Positions 19,863-28,890 of a DNA stretch of 64,000 bases are shown piece by piece. The position numbers and the translations under genes were made by a program. The notes below the pieces were generated by a model, which saw nothing but the letters and a program-made list of their open reading frames with translations, made no database searches and had not been told where the DNA came from. Source of the DNA: a virus (lineage: Duplodnaviria; Caudoviricetes); the IMG/VR virus record IMGVR_UViG_3300042545_000821, positions 36,770 through 100,769 of that record; one strand, given 5' to 3'. The first letter of the stretch is position 1; the number at the start of each line of letters is the position of its first letter.

Positions 19863-20518
19863 TAATCTGCGTCTGCGCTATACATTTCTGGAGTATGAAA
19901 CTTTTTGCTGTAATCTAACATTGTAACAATAGAGTATTTAGTTCCAGAAGTTACCGGTAGCGCTTGATGTGGGTACATAAAATTTGATGGAAAAATAAAC
20001 AGGTCCCCAGCATCAGGCTTAACCTTTAAGTTTTGTAGTCTAAAGAAAAGCTCTCCACCCTCATAATCATCGTTTGGATACCCAACTAAAGAGACCGTAC
20101 AGTTATAGGAAAAGCCATGGTCGTGATGTTCCATAAAGTGCTGTCCTGGACCATACTTAATGAAGTTAAATGCTTCCCAGTACTTTAGGTTGTTAATGTT
20201 ATACATCCTTGAGTAGTCTTCAACTGCTGGCAGCTTTACGTCATAAAGATCTTGCCAAAGTGATTGAAGGTTTTGACTAACCTGGCTTTTATCATTTTCA
20301 AGATCAGTTTTCTTAAATTTAAAGTCGTTGCAATCTCTGTACTCTGGCATAAGCTGCTTATACCCAACATATGCAGGTTGCCAAGCGTACCCAGTAGTAT
20401 CCCCTTCTGGCTTAAGGTTTGCTTCAATTCGGCCCATAACATCAATGTCTTTATTGATTACGCCCTTATAGCAAAAAATGCCGCTGCCTAAATCAACTTT
20501 TTCTGTCCATGTCTGCAT
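19862..20518 (-). CDS. 2OG-Fe(II) oxygenase, prolyl-4-hydroxylase-like
   Basis: HHD...NDDYEGGELFF...FPSNFMYPH...GTKYS. Confidence 0.88.
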   Translation of the reverse strand: MQTWTEKVDLGSGIFCYKGVINKDIDVMGRIEANLKPEGDTTGYAWQPAYVGYKQLMPEYRDCNDFKFKKTDLENDKSQVSQNLQSLWQDLYDVKLPAVEDYSRMYNINNLKYWEAFNFIKYGPGQHFMEHHDHGFSYNCTVSLVGYPNDDYEGGELFFRLQNLKVKPDAGDLFIFPSNFMYPHQALPVTSGTKYSIVTMLDYSKKFHTPEMYSADAD

Positions 20519-20527
20519 TACATTCTC

Positions 20528-21295
20528 CTATTTGTATTCTCGTCTTGACCAAACACTATTTTGGTATACCCCGCCATCAGGCTGGCGATAAAACTGCATG
20601 TTATTAACTAGTTTATCATACATAGTAGATTGATCTGGGATCTCTATTTTATGTTCCCAGTTTTCTCTTTTAAACGGAAGAACCTGCATATACGGGGTTC
20701 CTTCCGGTAAGGTGCCTTCCCAGCCTTCTGGAAGAAAAAATGGAAAAGTTCCAAGTAAGTGAAGTTTATCTGAGTCCACAACGCCAGTAGTATTTAAAAA
20801 TGGTAAGTCAAACCTATTCATTGGTGTCATAAACAGTGCACTATACCCTTCTGGAAGCTCTAATCCCCAAGGAGAACTCCAGGCAAAGTGGGTTTGATAA
20901 TATCCTTTTGGGTGTTCAAACTGTGGCATTGGGGGCCTTTGTGTACAAAAATCTTGGTACTTAGGGTTATCAATTTTTACATCTATGACTCCCTGATCAT
21001 TTTTATAAAAAACTAGGTCGCATGGTGTTTTAAAAATGTACCCGGTTGTAAAGGCATCCATAATAGCGGGGCACGCTTTCCATGTCGGAATCTTTCCATA
21101 ATCATCAGTTGTGCCCTCTTTAGGAAACGGACAAACTTCTTTTGGCGCTTTGTAGTATTCCCCGTTTGGCATCTTTGCAAATCTGTCTGCATCTTTATAC
21201 CAGGCAGGAATTTGTGTTTGTGTTGGTACGGGAACAGAGATATGCTTTTTATCTATCCACGGCCTAAATGATCTAAATATGGCTACTAAAGACAT
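20528..21295 (-). CDS. DUF6065-related (dUTPase-fold-like) protein
   Basis: P.WYK...TWKACP...D....GY...PEGYS.LF..P.N...TGVVDSD...GTP.MQVLPFKRE.W. Confidence 0.55.
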   Translation of the reverse strand: MSLVAIFRSFRPWIDKKHISVPVPTQTQIPAWYKDADRFAKMPNGEYYKAPKEVCPFPKEGTTDDYGKIPTWKACPAIMDAFTTGYIFKTPCDLVFYKNDQGVIDVKIDNPKYQDFCTQRPPMPQFEHPKGYYQTHFAWSSPWGLELPEGYSALFMTPMNRFDLPFLNTTGVVDSDKLHLLGTFPFFLPEGWEGTLPEGTPYMQVLPFKRENWEHKIEIPDQSTMYDKLVNNMQFYRQPDGGVYQNSVWSRREYK

Positions 21296-22002
21296 TACTT
21301 GTGCCCCAATTCATTGATATCTGTCATAACAACCACGCAATATTTTGTCCCTGAAACCATTGGCAGGGATGCATGCTCATAGATATAGTTTGATGGGAAC
21401 ACCGCGATGTCCCCTACTTTTGGTTTATAAACTAGATTATCAAGTCTTGGGAACTTAAGGTCTCCACCCTCATAATCATCGTTAATATAAATAACCGCAG
21501 ATACTGTGCAGTTGTATGCAGGGCCGTGGTCTGCGTGAATGTTGAAGTGAGTCCCTGCCCCCTCATACTTTACAAAGTTAAAAGCTTCGTAATATACGAC
21601 GTTAATGCCCCAATACCTAGCATAGTCGTCTATACAGTACTTAAGCTTTTGGTATATCTCCTCATGCAAGTCTATAAGTTCAGCGTTTGACTCATCTTTT
21701 GGCCCAAGGTTTTCCTGCTTATACTTAAAATCTACACAGTCTCTTGCCCGCTTAACTGGGACATCAGACTGCGTAACTTGCGCCTCTGACCACTTGTATT
21801 TGTTGCCTGGTGATAGGTTGGATTCAAGAGTGTTAATGTATCTTGCAGCATCTTCACTGGAAAAAGTGTTTTGGTAAACGTGTAGTCCCAAACCTAAATT
21901 TTTAACACTTACTTTATCGTCTAGAGCTCTTTCAGGAACTCTATTTGATGCAGTCTCTGACCTATCTTTTGTAAACCAGATGTTTTCATTTTCATTGTGC
22001 AT
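21295..22002 (-). CDS. 2OG-Fe(II) oxygenase, prolyl-4-hydroxylase-like
   Basis: HAD...YINDDYEGG...FPSNYIYEH...GTKY; close paralogue of 19862-20518. Confidence 0.88.
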   Translation of the reverse strand: MHNENENIWFTKDRSETASNRVPERALDDKVSVKNLGLGLHVYQNTFSSEDAARYINTLESNLSPGNKYKWSEAQVTQSDVPVKRARDCVDFKYKQENLGPKDESNAELIDLHEEIYQKLKYCIDDYARYWGINVVYYEAFNFVKYEGAGTHFNIHADHGPAYNCTVSAVIYINDDYEGGDLKFPRLDNLVYKPKVGDIAVFPSNYIYEHASLPMVSGTKYCVVVMTDINELGHK

Positions 22003-22020
22003 TTTTTGCCCTCCTATAAT

Positions 22021-22266
22021 CTAATTAAGTGGCTGTCTTTTCCATTTTCCAATAGGACACTCTGCATCCGCAAGCGTTGTTTTTAACGGCATAATGCATC
22101 CGCATAGCTTACAGCTTTTTGTAACCTTAATAAGGTTTTCACAAGACATGCATTCATCAAGTCTTTTTTTAATAATTTCCTGGTCATCAATTCTTTTGCC
22201 AGAATCAATTAAGTGCCAAGGCCTTGAGTCTCCAAGAGCCTCTTTCCATTCACTCCATTTAGACAT
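22021..22266 (-). CDS. small Cys-rich metal-binding protein (DUF6171-like), paralogue of 11153-11395
   Basis: RPW.L...RLDECMSC...CKLCGCIMPLKT.L...ECPIGKW. Confidence 0.75.
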   Translation of the reverse strand: MSKWSEWKEALGDSRPWHLIDSGKRIDDQEIIKKRLDECMSCENLIKVTKSCKLCGCIMPLKTTLADAECPIGKWKRQPLN

Positions 22267-22269
22267 AGG

Positions 22270-22701
22270 TTACTCTGGAGACGTAAAGGTTGTGCCGTCC
22301 CAGATAGAGCCACGATTAACTGTTTGGCCTTCTGGTACCTTAATGACAATAACTTCTTGAGCAAAAGCAGCGGCGTTCATTAAATCTGTGTGACCACCTT
22401 TTGGAGATACCGTAGTTAAGAACACGGTGTTGTCCACTAGGAAAGAGTATCTTCCCCAATCAGGGGTATCGTTGAACCTTTCAGGTATTTCTCCTCCCGT
22501 AAAAGATTCACCGTCCCAAACTGATCCAGGATAGACATTTGGGATATCTGTTGTAACCAGTGTTGTTATTGGCAGGCCGCTATTTAGCGCATTATCAATT
22601 CGCTGAATTAAAATGTCTGCTTGAGGGCTCTCAAGGTGTAGCATATTAAAAACTTCGTAAGAGTTTTCAGATACTTTTGTTGCATACGCATACGTACTCA
22701 T
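22270..22701 (-). CDS. fibre-assembly helper-like protein
   Basis: Two GS(V/I)WDG.(S/T)FT repeats. Confidence 0.6.
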   Translation of the reverse strand: MSTYAYATKVSENSYEVFNMLHLESPQADILIQRIDNALNSGLPITTLVTTDIPNVYPGSVWDGESFTGGEIPERFNDTPDWGRYSFLVDNTVFLTTVSPKGGHTDLMNAAAFAQEVIVIKVPEGQTVNRGSIWDGTTFTSPE

Positions 22702-22742
22702 TAAGTTCTCCTTTTGTAATTACTTAATAAATATACCATATC

Positions 22743-23681
22743 TTAGTAAGCGCACTGACAACCGCACCCTGCGCCAAAGTCATACGCACAGAAGTAGCAA
22801 GCTGATCCACAGCCACCAAAGGATGGGAAGCTAGGTGGGAAGAAAGGAGGGAAGAACGGAGGGAAGAACGGGAAGAACGGTGGAAAGAATGGTGGAAAGA
22901 ACGGGAAGAATGGGAAGAATGGCGGGAAAAATGGTGGGAAGAAGGGAAAGAATGGCGGGAAAAATGGTGGGAAGAAAGGAAAGAATGGAAAGAATGGTGG
23001 GAAGAAAGGAGGAAAGAATGGGAAAAATGGTGGAAAGAATGGTGGGAAGAAAGGAAAAAACGGTGGGAAGAATGGCGGGAAGAATGGGGATAACGTAGTA
23101 ATAGAGCCAGACGCAGCAGAAGCAACACTTGTTCCATTAGCGTTAGTTGCGGTGACTGTGTATGTCTGTGACGTTCCACCAGTATCAGCGATAGTAATTG
23201 GGGAAGTCGCACCTGTTCCAGTAGTGGCATCGGAGCCTGTTACGGTAAAGCCAGTAATTGCGCTACCACCAGTTGCTGGTGCTGTAAAAGCAATAGAGTT
23301 TTGATTAACTCCAGCAGTTGGGGTTGGGGCAGACATAGTTGCAGGAACTGTTGTTGCGGTAATAGAAGATGATGCTGCAGATGCCTGAGAGGTTCCCGCA
23401 GCGTTAGTAGCTGTTACAGTAAATGTGTAGGCTGTGTCAGACTGAAGTCCAGCTACCGTAATTGGGGAAGATGATCCAGTTCCAGTATATCCGCCAGGCG
23501 ATGAGGTTACAGTAAACGATGTAGCAGCAGGGGACAGCGCAGGCAAAGAAAATGTAACTGTAGCTGCGCCATTGTTAAACGCTCTTCCTGTTCCAACATT
23601 TGTAGCAGATACGCTTGTTGGAGCTAATGGCTCTAAAAAGTCATTTGAAGCCTGTGACTTTTTTCCAACTCTTTTACCCAT
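22743..23681 (-). CDS. fibronectin-III-like protein with (P)PFF repeat and Cys-rich C-terminus
   Basis: Two FN3-like units (GL...TAYTFTVTATNAAGTS), 90-aa Pro/Phe repeat, then GGCGSACYFCAYDFGAGCGCQCAY. Confidence 0.8.
   Translation of the reverse strand: MGKRVGKKSQASNDFLEPLAPTSVSATNVGTGRAFNNGAATVTFSLPALSPAATSFTVTSSPGGYTGTGSSSPITVAGLQSDTAYTFTVTATNAAGTSQASAASSSITATTVPATMSAPTPTAGVNQNSIAFTAPATGGSAITGFTVTGSDATTGTGATSPITIADTGGTSQTYTVTATNANGTSVASAASGSITTLSPFFPPFFPPFFPFFPPFFPPFFPFFPPFFPPFFPFFPFFPPFFPPFFPFFPPFFPPFFPFFPFFPPFFPPFFPFFPPFFPPFFPPSFPSFGGCGSACYFCAYDFGAGCGCQCAY
22818..23087 (-). repeat. coding low-complexity repeat encoding (PFF/PPFF)n, about 23 FF units
   Basis: Visible GGGAAGAA/GGAAAGAA-type iterations with synonymous variation. 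Confidence 0.95.
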
Positions 23682-23702
23682 TTAATTCTCCTGTATATTT
23701 TC

Positions 23703-25352
23703 TTAAGCTGTCAAGTCGCCGAAGACAACCCAGGTATTTTCTGCTCTTTTGAAAAGGGTGCATGAAGACCATTGGGTTCTCAGTTTTAATCCTGGTGTTG
23801 CGTTTACTGTTACTCCAGCAGCTCCAGCGATTGTTACCTGCCCTGTAGAAGTTTGAAGAATATCAATTGATGTTCCTACTGGGAAGGCTACTGCCGAGTT
23901 TAAAGGTATTGTGAGCGTCATGGCGGATGATGAAGCCATTTCAATTAAATCATCTCTTTCAGTCAATGCTGAAAGTGTGTAAGAGGCTGTCTTTTGAATA
24001 ATAGGGGTACGTGATGGGACGCCTTCAAGGGCCTGTGTTCCATCTGAAAAGACAATTCCTGCAGCAGGAAGAGTTACAGTGCCAGTAAATGTGGGAGAAG
24101 CAAGCGGGGCTTTTAATCCAAGATTAGTTGTTACTGTTGATGCAAAGTTTGCATCGTCACCAAGTGCTGCTGCAAGCTCGTCAAGTGTGTTTAAAGCTGC
24201 TGGTGCTCCTGAAAGCAATGCATTTACTTGTGATGTTGCGTCTGCAATTGCTTCTGATTTAGCAGTTGCAATTGCTGAAGCCTGCGCTGTTGATACCGGC
24301 TTTGCTGAATCTGCTGTGTCGTCAACGTTTCCAAGACCAACCATAGACTTGGTAATGCCAGAAACGGTTCCTGTAAATGTAGGGCCTGAAAGGTTGGCTT
24401 TTAAATCAAGAGCGGTCTGTTGCGCTGTTGATACCGGCTTACTTGCGTCTGCTGTGTTATCTACGTTACCTAGCCCTACGTGAGATTTAGTTACGCCTGA
24501 GACTGTTCCTGTGAAAGTTGGGTTAGCCAAGGGTGCATATGTAGAAGCCGCTGTTGCAGAGGCAAGTTTTAAATCAAGTGCTGTTTGTGTTGCTGTGGAA
24601 ATTGGCTTGTTAGCATCTGTTGTATTATCTACACTGCCTAGGCCTACATCTGATTTAACTAGTCCAGATGGAGTGGTAATTGTTTTATTTGTAAGGGTCT
24701 GAGTTCCAGTAGTTGTTACAAGAAGGCTAGTGTCTGTAATTCCATGAACATTTAATGTATCTGCTTCGTGAGTACCCAGTGACGTAGAGACTGCGTTAGA
24801 GGCTGCTGTATCAGCGTATGCTTTAGTTGCAAGTTCTGCTGTATCTGCAATCCCATGTACGGCCGTTGTGTCTGAGCTATGTGTGCTTACAGCCGTGTCT
24901 GCGTATGACTTTGTTGCAAGATCGGCGGTATCGGCTATTCCATGAACAGAGGTTGTATCTGAGCTATGTGTTCCTATCGCATTTGTTGCATATTCTTGAG
25001 TAGCAATTGTTCCTGTTGAATCTGGAAGAGTTAATGTTCTGTCTGCTGTAGGGTCTGCTACTGCAAAGGTAGTCTCAAAAGCATTTGCAGTTGTGCCCTC
25101 AAATACAAGGCTGGCACCAGTGTCAAGAGATACTGTGCCAGTAAAAGTCGGGGAAGCAATTGGTGCGTAAAGGCTGGCTGCAGCTGCTGGAGTTAGGGTG
25201 ATATAAGGTAGCGAAGCCCAAACTGTAAGTCCGTCTCCAACTTTAAGTTTCTTAGTGTCAGTCTCTACACCAACTTCACCTTCAAGAAGAATTGGGTTTG
25301 AGGCGGTCCACTCAGCCGCAGTTCCCCTGCGTAGTAGAATATTAACTGCCAT
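23703..25352 (-). CDS. tail fibre protein with Mtd-N/hyaluronidase-like N-terminus
   Basis: LRRGTAAEW...NPIL.EGE.G.ETDT.KLK.GDG; internal repeats DTT.VHGI.DT x3 and VGLG.VD.T.D..KP.STA x3. Confidence 0.85.
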   Translation of the reverse strand: MAVNILLRRGTAAEWTASNPILLEGEVGVETDTKKLKVGDGLTVWASLPYITLTPAAAASLYAPIASPTFTGTVSLDTGASLVFEGTTANAFETTFAVADPTADRTLTLPDSTGTIATQEYATNAIGTHSSDTTSVHGIADTADLATKSYADTAVSTHSSDTTAVHGIADTAELATKAYADTAASNAVSTSLGTHEADTLNVHGITDTSLLVTTTGTQTLTNKTITTPSGLVKSDVGLGSVDNTTDANKPISTATQTALDLKLASATAASTYAPLANPTFTGTVSGVTKSHVGLGNVDNTADASKPVSTAQQTALDLKANLSGPTFTGTVSGITKSMVGLGNVDDTADSAKPVSTAQASAIATAKSEAIADATSQVNALLSGAPAALNTLDELAAALGDDANFASTVTTNLGLKAPLASPTFTGTVTLPAAGIVFSDGTQALEGVPSRTPIIQKTASYTLSALTERDDLIEMASSSAMTLTIPLNSAVAFPVGTSIDILQTSTGQVTIAGAAGVTVNATPGLKLRTQWSSCTLFKRAENTWVVFGDLTA

Positions 25353-25636
25353 TACGAAACTCCTCCGTCATAAGACCCTGTGTAAGACCCTGCAAATGTG
25401 GATGATGAGACTCCGCCGTCTACATTTGGAGTTCCACCGTAGAAAGAGGCTGGTCTTCCACCATCTACGTTAAGTTGACCAGAGCCACCAGTACCGACAA
25501 TGTCAATCCAAAGTGTGCCATCGTATATTCTTAATTTTAATGTTGTAGTATCAAAGTATAAGTCACCCGCCCGTTGGCCAACAGGCTCGCTGCTTTTAGC
25601 CAGTACGTTTAGAGGTACTAGTGCTTTTGTACTCAT
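25352..25636 (-). CDS. small tail fibre-associated protein
   Basis: GDLYFDT....LRIYDG..W fibre motif; DGG repeats. Confidence 0.6.
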   Translation of the reverse strand: MSTKALVPLNVLAKSSEPVGQRAGDLYFDTTTLKLRIYDGTLWIDIVGTGGSGQLNVDGGRPASFYGGTPNVDGGVSSSTFAGSYTGSYDGGVS

Positions 25637-25641
25637 TTATA

Positions 25642-27006
25642 TTATCCGATTACCACTACTCTGTAGGCATTAGATGTCGGTGCGGACGCAAAACCAAGTG
25701 TTACAGTGGATGTTGACGCACGTATGTTATCTACAATAACTTCTTCTCCCGTGGCCACTTCATAAACTTGAACGTGAACGTCTAGTGTTCCTAGGTTGTG
25801 AGTTACTGTATACGAGGTAGCTGATGTAGAGAGTGTTGTTGAATACTTTCTAGCTACTACTGTTGCATCAACAGAGATGGTATTGGTTCCAACAACGATA
25901 CCGTTGCCGGCACCAATTGCAAAACCGTTAGCGTCTGTAGCGGCACCAGAGTTAGTAGCAAGCTTGATAGATCCGCCACCCGCAGCTGTCTGCAAACCAC
26001 CTGTGGAAAGTGGGGCAAATGTGAAGTTAGTTCCTGTAAGAAGAACGCCGTTAGAGGCTGTGTATGTTCCAGCACCTGAGAACTGTGCAAAAGTAAGGGC
26101 AGTAGTTCCTAGTGTAATAGGGTTGTCAGTTGTTAATACCCAGCCGCTATTTCCGTTTATAGTTCCTTGTTCTACAAATGTAAACATTCCCGAAGTAACG
26201 TCTGCATTAGAGTTTGCGTCCAAAGCACGGTCTGGAGCTCCAGAGGCCTTAACTACGTAAATACCGTTTTCAGAACCATCTGCCTGATGCTTAACAAGAA
26301 TGCGGTCACCAGTAGCAAGAGTTACTCCATCAAGAGTATCTCCATTCTCAAGGTCTGTAGCTAAAGTTACTGCGGCAGTAGTTGCTGCACGAACAGAGGC
26401 TTTGACATCAAGGCCTTGTGCAACAGAGTCTACATAGTTTTTAGTTGCAGCATCCTGTGCGCTTACTGGGTCTGCTACGTTTGTGATTAGCTGGCTGTTC
26501 ATTGAGAACGAGCTGGTTGGTGCTGTTAAATCTGTTACCTTATTTGTAGTAAGGATTACTGTTCCGCTAGCATCGGGGAGAGTGATTGCGCGGTCAGCGG
26601 TTGGGTCAGTTGCAGTAAGTGTGGTTTCGTTACCGTCTGCTGTAGAGCCTTCAAATACGATTGTGGAGTCTAGCGAAACCGTACCTGTAAAGGTCGGGTT
26701 AGCAAGAGGGGCCTTTAGGTCAAGTTGACCTTGAATACCTGAGGTAACTCCGTCAACGTAGTTAAGCTCTGTGGTAGTAAGCGTTGCTCCGTCAAGAATG
26801 TTGATTTCTGCAGCATCTGCAGTTACGCCATTGAGTCCAACAGCTTCCCAGATCGTGCCATTATAAACACGCATTTCATTAGAAGCAGTGTTGTAGTAAA
26901 TCTGACCTGTTACAGGGCTCGCCGGGTCAGTGGCTAAGTTTTGAATACGGGCATTTTGTAATTCTAATTTGCCTAAATCAATTGGGGTTAAAAATTTACG
27001 TGCCAT
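25642..27006 (-). CDS. tail fibre / collar protein
   Basis: DAATKNYVD..AQGLD.K.SVRAATT, GDRILVK.Q...ENGIY, THNLGT motifs. Confidence 0.8.
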   Translation of the reverse strand: MARKFLTPIDLGKLELQNARIQNLATDPASPVTGQIYYNTASNEMRVYNGTIWEAVGLNGVTADAAEINILDGATLTTTELNYVDGVTSGIQGQLDLKAPLANPTFTGTVSLDSTIVFEGSTADGNETTLTATDPTADRAITLPDASGTVILTTNKVTDLTAPTSSFSMNSQLITNVADPVSAQDAATKNYVDSVAQGLDVKASVRAATTAAVTLATDLENGDTLDGVTLATGDRILVKHQADGSENGIYVVKASGAPDRALDANSNADVTSGMFTFVEQGTINGNSGWVLTTDNPITLGTTALTFAQFSGAGTYTASNGVLLTGTNFTFAPLSTGGLQTAAGGGSIKLATNSGAATDANGFAIGAGNGIVVGTNTISVDATVVARKYSTTLSTSATSYTVTHNLGTLDVHVQVYEVATGEEVIVDNIRASTSTVTLGFASAPTSNAYRVVVIG

Positions 27007-27017
27007 TTACTATCTCC

Positions 27018-27305
27018 TTATGATAGGTAAGCTTTTCCGCTAAAGCCAGACCTAAACGTTAGCAGTACTGTAGTAGGGGTTGGATAAGAAATCTCTCCTT
27101 CAACAACACTACCCCCAGAGTCTACTACGGTAACATTTGGGTGAAAGGTTAAATTGTGAGAGATGGTCCAAGTATCGGAGGGGGTATTTTGGGCATAAAC
27201 GAATCCCAGTTGCGGTACGCCCATACTAAGGTCTGAAAGTACTATGTCTGGTGAATTTATAATGCCAATTATGTCTGGAGGGTGATCATGCCAAAGTGGG
27301 GTCAA
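27018..27305 (-). CDS. small structural protein
   Basis: W.I.HNL...P.VTVVDS.G..VEGEI.Y...F...FSGKAYLS. Confidence 0.65.
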   Translation of the reverse strand: MTPLWHDHPPDIIGIINSPDIVLSDLSMGVPQLGFVYAQNTPSDTWTISHNLTFHPNVTVVDSGGSVVEGEISYPTPTTVLLTFRSGFSGKAYLS

Positions 27306-28375
27306 GTTGTCACCTGTTTTTCTGTAAAGACCTTTCCTTTGGCATACGTTTTAATGTTTCCAGAAGAATCAGTCATTTGAATGTCGTAATAGGATGTTTT
27401 TGGTAGGTTAGCAGTAGTAGCTGCGGGAAGTGTGATAATCAACCCATCTACGACACTGTTGTTGTTTACAGAGTATTTTGTAATAACAAAGTCTGCAAGT
27501 AATATGGGGCCAATCTGTGCGAAGCCTCCTTGGGTATACAGACGAATCTGTCCCTTAGGGGTAAAGCCAGTAAGATCAAAGCCAAACTGGTATCGCATAG
27601 AAAAGTCATCTCCAGAGTACATTGAGATGTCTCGTGAAAGAATTGTTGATGGGGGGGTAATATCCCCATAGTCTGGCATAGGTAGGTAAACTCTTTGTGG
27701 CAAAGAGTGGTCATCAATCTCTTGTGGGCGATAAATAGGTACGTAATGGTTAGTACGTCGGCTGATCTTGCGAAGCGTAAAGACTTCAATTCGGTGCATA
27801 CCTAAGCCAAGCAAAACACACAGTTCTCTGTATTGCTCTTTACGAGTAGTTACTATCTCCATTAGCTGCCTAAAGCGCTCAGATCGTGGAATGGATACGC
27901 CATCTGGGGAGATAATGTCAATGTCAAAAGCTGAGTCAGTAGCTAGAGTGTATAAAGCCATGCTGGCAGCTAATAGTACCAGAGGGTACTCATCAATAAC
28001 AGGAAGTGTGAGTAATGTAGCCCGACTACCATTTGAATCTGTAGTGCTTCGAGCATGCTCCACAAAGGCAGTATTTATGTAATATTGAATTTCTGTGTCG
28101 GTAAAGTATTTAAATGTAGTTCCTGAAACAGTTATTACTGCCCCATTTGATGGAGCAACAGCTAGCTGTATCATCCCGGTAACTTCTTCTATTATTGCGG
28201 TAGAGGCTACGCTAGTGCTGCCAACATTAATTGTTAAATTTGTCCCCTTTATTGGGGCGTAGGTAAGTTGAAAACGTTTATTAGAACCGTCTCCTGTAAA
28301 GGTCTCTACGAAAGAACGACCCATGTCTCCGATTTCGGCACGAAGTCTATCTGAAAGAGCTGAAAGCGTTGCCAC
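27302..28375 (-). CDS. head-tail connector / neck protein
   Basis: Follows capsid genes; DI.SPDGVSIPRSER motif; C-terminal Ig-like YYDIQ.TD. Confidence 0.55.
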   Translation of the reverse strand: MATLSALSDRLRAEIGDMGRSFVETFTGDGSNKRFQLTYAPIKGTNLTINVGSTSVASTAIIEEVTGMIQLAVAPSNGAVITVSGTTFKYFTDTEIQYYINTAFVEHARSTTDSNGSRATLLTLPVIDEYPLVLLAASMALYTLATDSAFDIDIISPDGVSIPRSERFRQLMEIVTTRKEQYRELCVLLGLGMHRIEVFTLRKISRRTNHYVPIYRPQEIDDHSLPQRVYLPMPDYGDITPPSTILSRDISMYSGDDFSMRYQFGFDLTGFTPKGQIRLYTQGGFAQIGPILLADFVITKYSVNNNSVVDGLIITLPAATTANLPKTSYYDIQMTDSSGNIKTYAKGKVFTEKQVTT

Positions 28376-28445
28376 TAATCCTCCGACTTATCTGTAAATC
28401 TAATCATCCAATAATTTTAGATGTTAGTCAGGGTAAACAATAAGA

Positions 28446-28482
28446 AGCCCACTCTGACAGGAGGGCGTTAGTCAGAGTGGGC
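28446..28482. terminator. stem-loop (terminator or processing site)
   Basis: GCCCACTCTGAC...GTCAGAGTGGGC perfect 12-bp inverted repeat between genes. Confidence 0.6.
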
Positions 28483-28496
28483 AACCTAGTGGAGGC

Positions 28497-28862
28497 TTAG
28501 AGCCTGTCGTAAAGGTAGCCTTTTTCCTGAAGGTGTTGGGCCACTGCCTTAGACACTTTGTACTTCTGACCGGATTTAAAAGAGTAATGATTACCCACAC
28601 CGATAGTTACAAAGTCCAAATCTTCCGCTACTCGAATAACTGTTGAGTCGTCAGCTGAGGTAACCCCAACATTTTCAACTTCATCAATAACAGTAGGTTC
28701 GCCCGGAACTGTCAAATCGACAACTTCTGTCTCCATGCGTACTGCATCAATTGCAGTTGCAATGGACATCTCTTCTGATCTCTTTGCTAGAGCTTCAGCA
28801 TTTTGCTTAATTAGCTCTTCGCGTTGACGTCCTGTGACGTCTGTTACTTTTGCTTTTGCCAC
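28497..28862 (-). CDS. hypothetical virion-associated protein
   Basis: GTG start with AGGAG RBS directly after major capsid gene. Confidence 0.75.
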   Translation of the reverse strand: MAKAKVTDVTGRQREELIKQNAEALAKRSEEMSIATAIDAVRMETEVVDLTVPGEPTVIDEVENVGVTSADDSTVIRVAEDLDFVTIGVGNHYSFKSGQKYKVSKAVAQHLQEKGYLYDRL

Positions 28863-28890
28863 GATTATTATTCTCCTGTAAGTTTGTGTT

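Noticed and set aside
22724-23230. Alternative-frame and antisense ORFs over the PFF repeat (His/Ser-rich 22724-23230; 22835-23098 +)
   Set aside because: By-products of a stop-free low-complexity repeat; only the FN3 frame has an RBS and domain content.
23703-25352. Mtd-like N-terminus suggesting a diversity-generating retroelement target
   Set aside because: No reverse transcriptase and no adenine-variant TR/VR repeat pair seen in the window; the domain is common in ordinary fibres.
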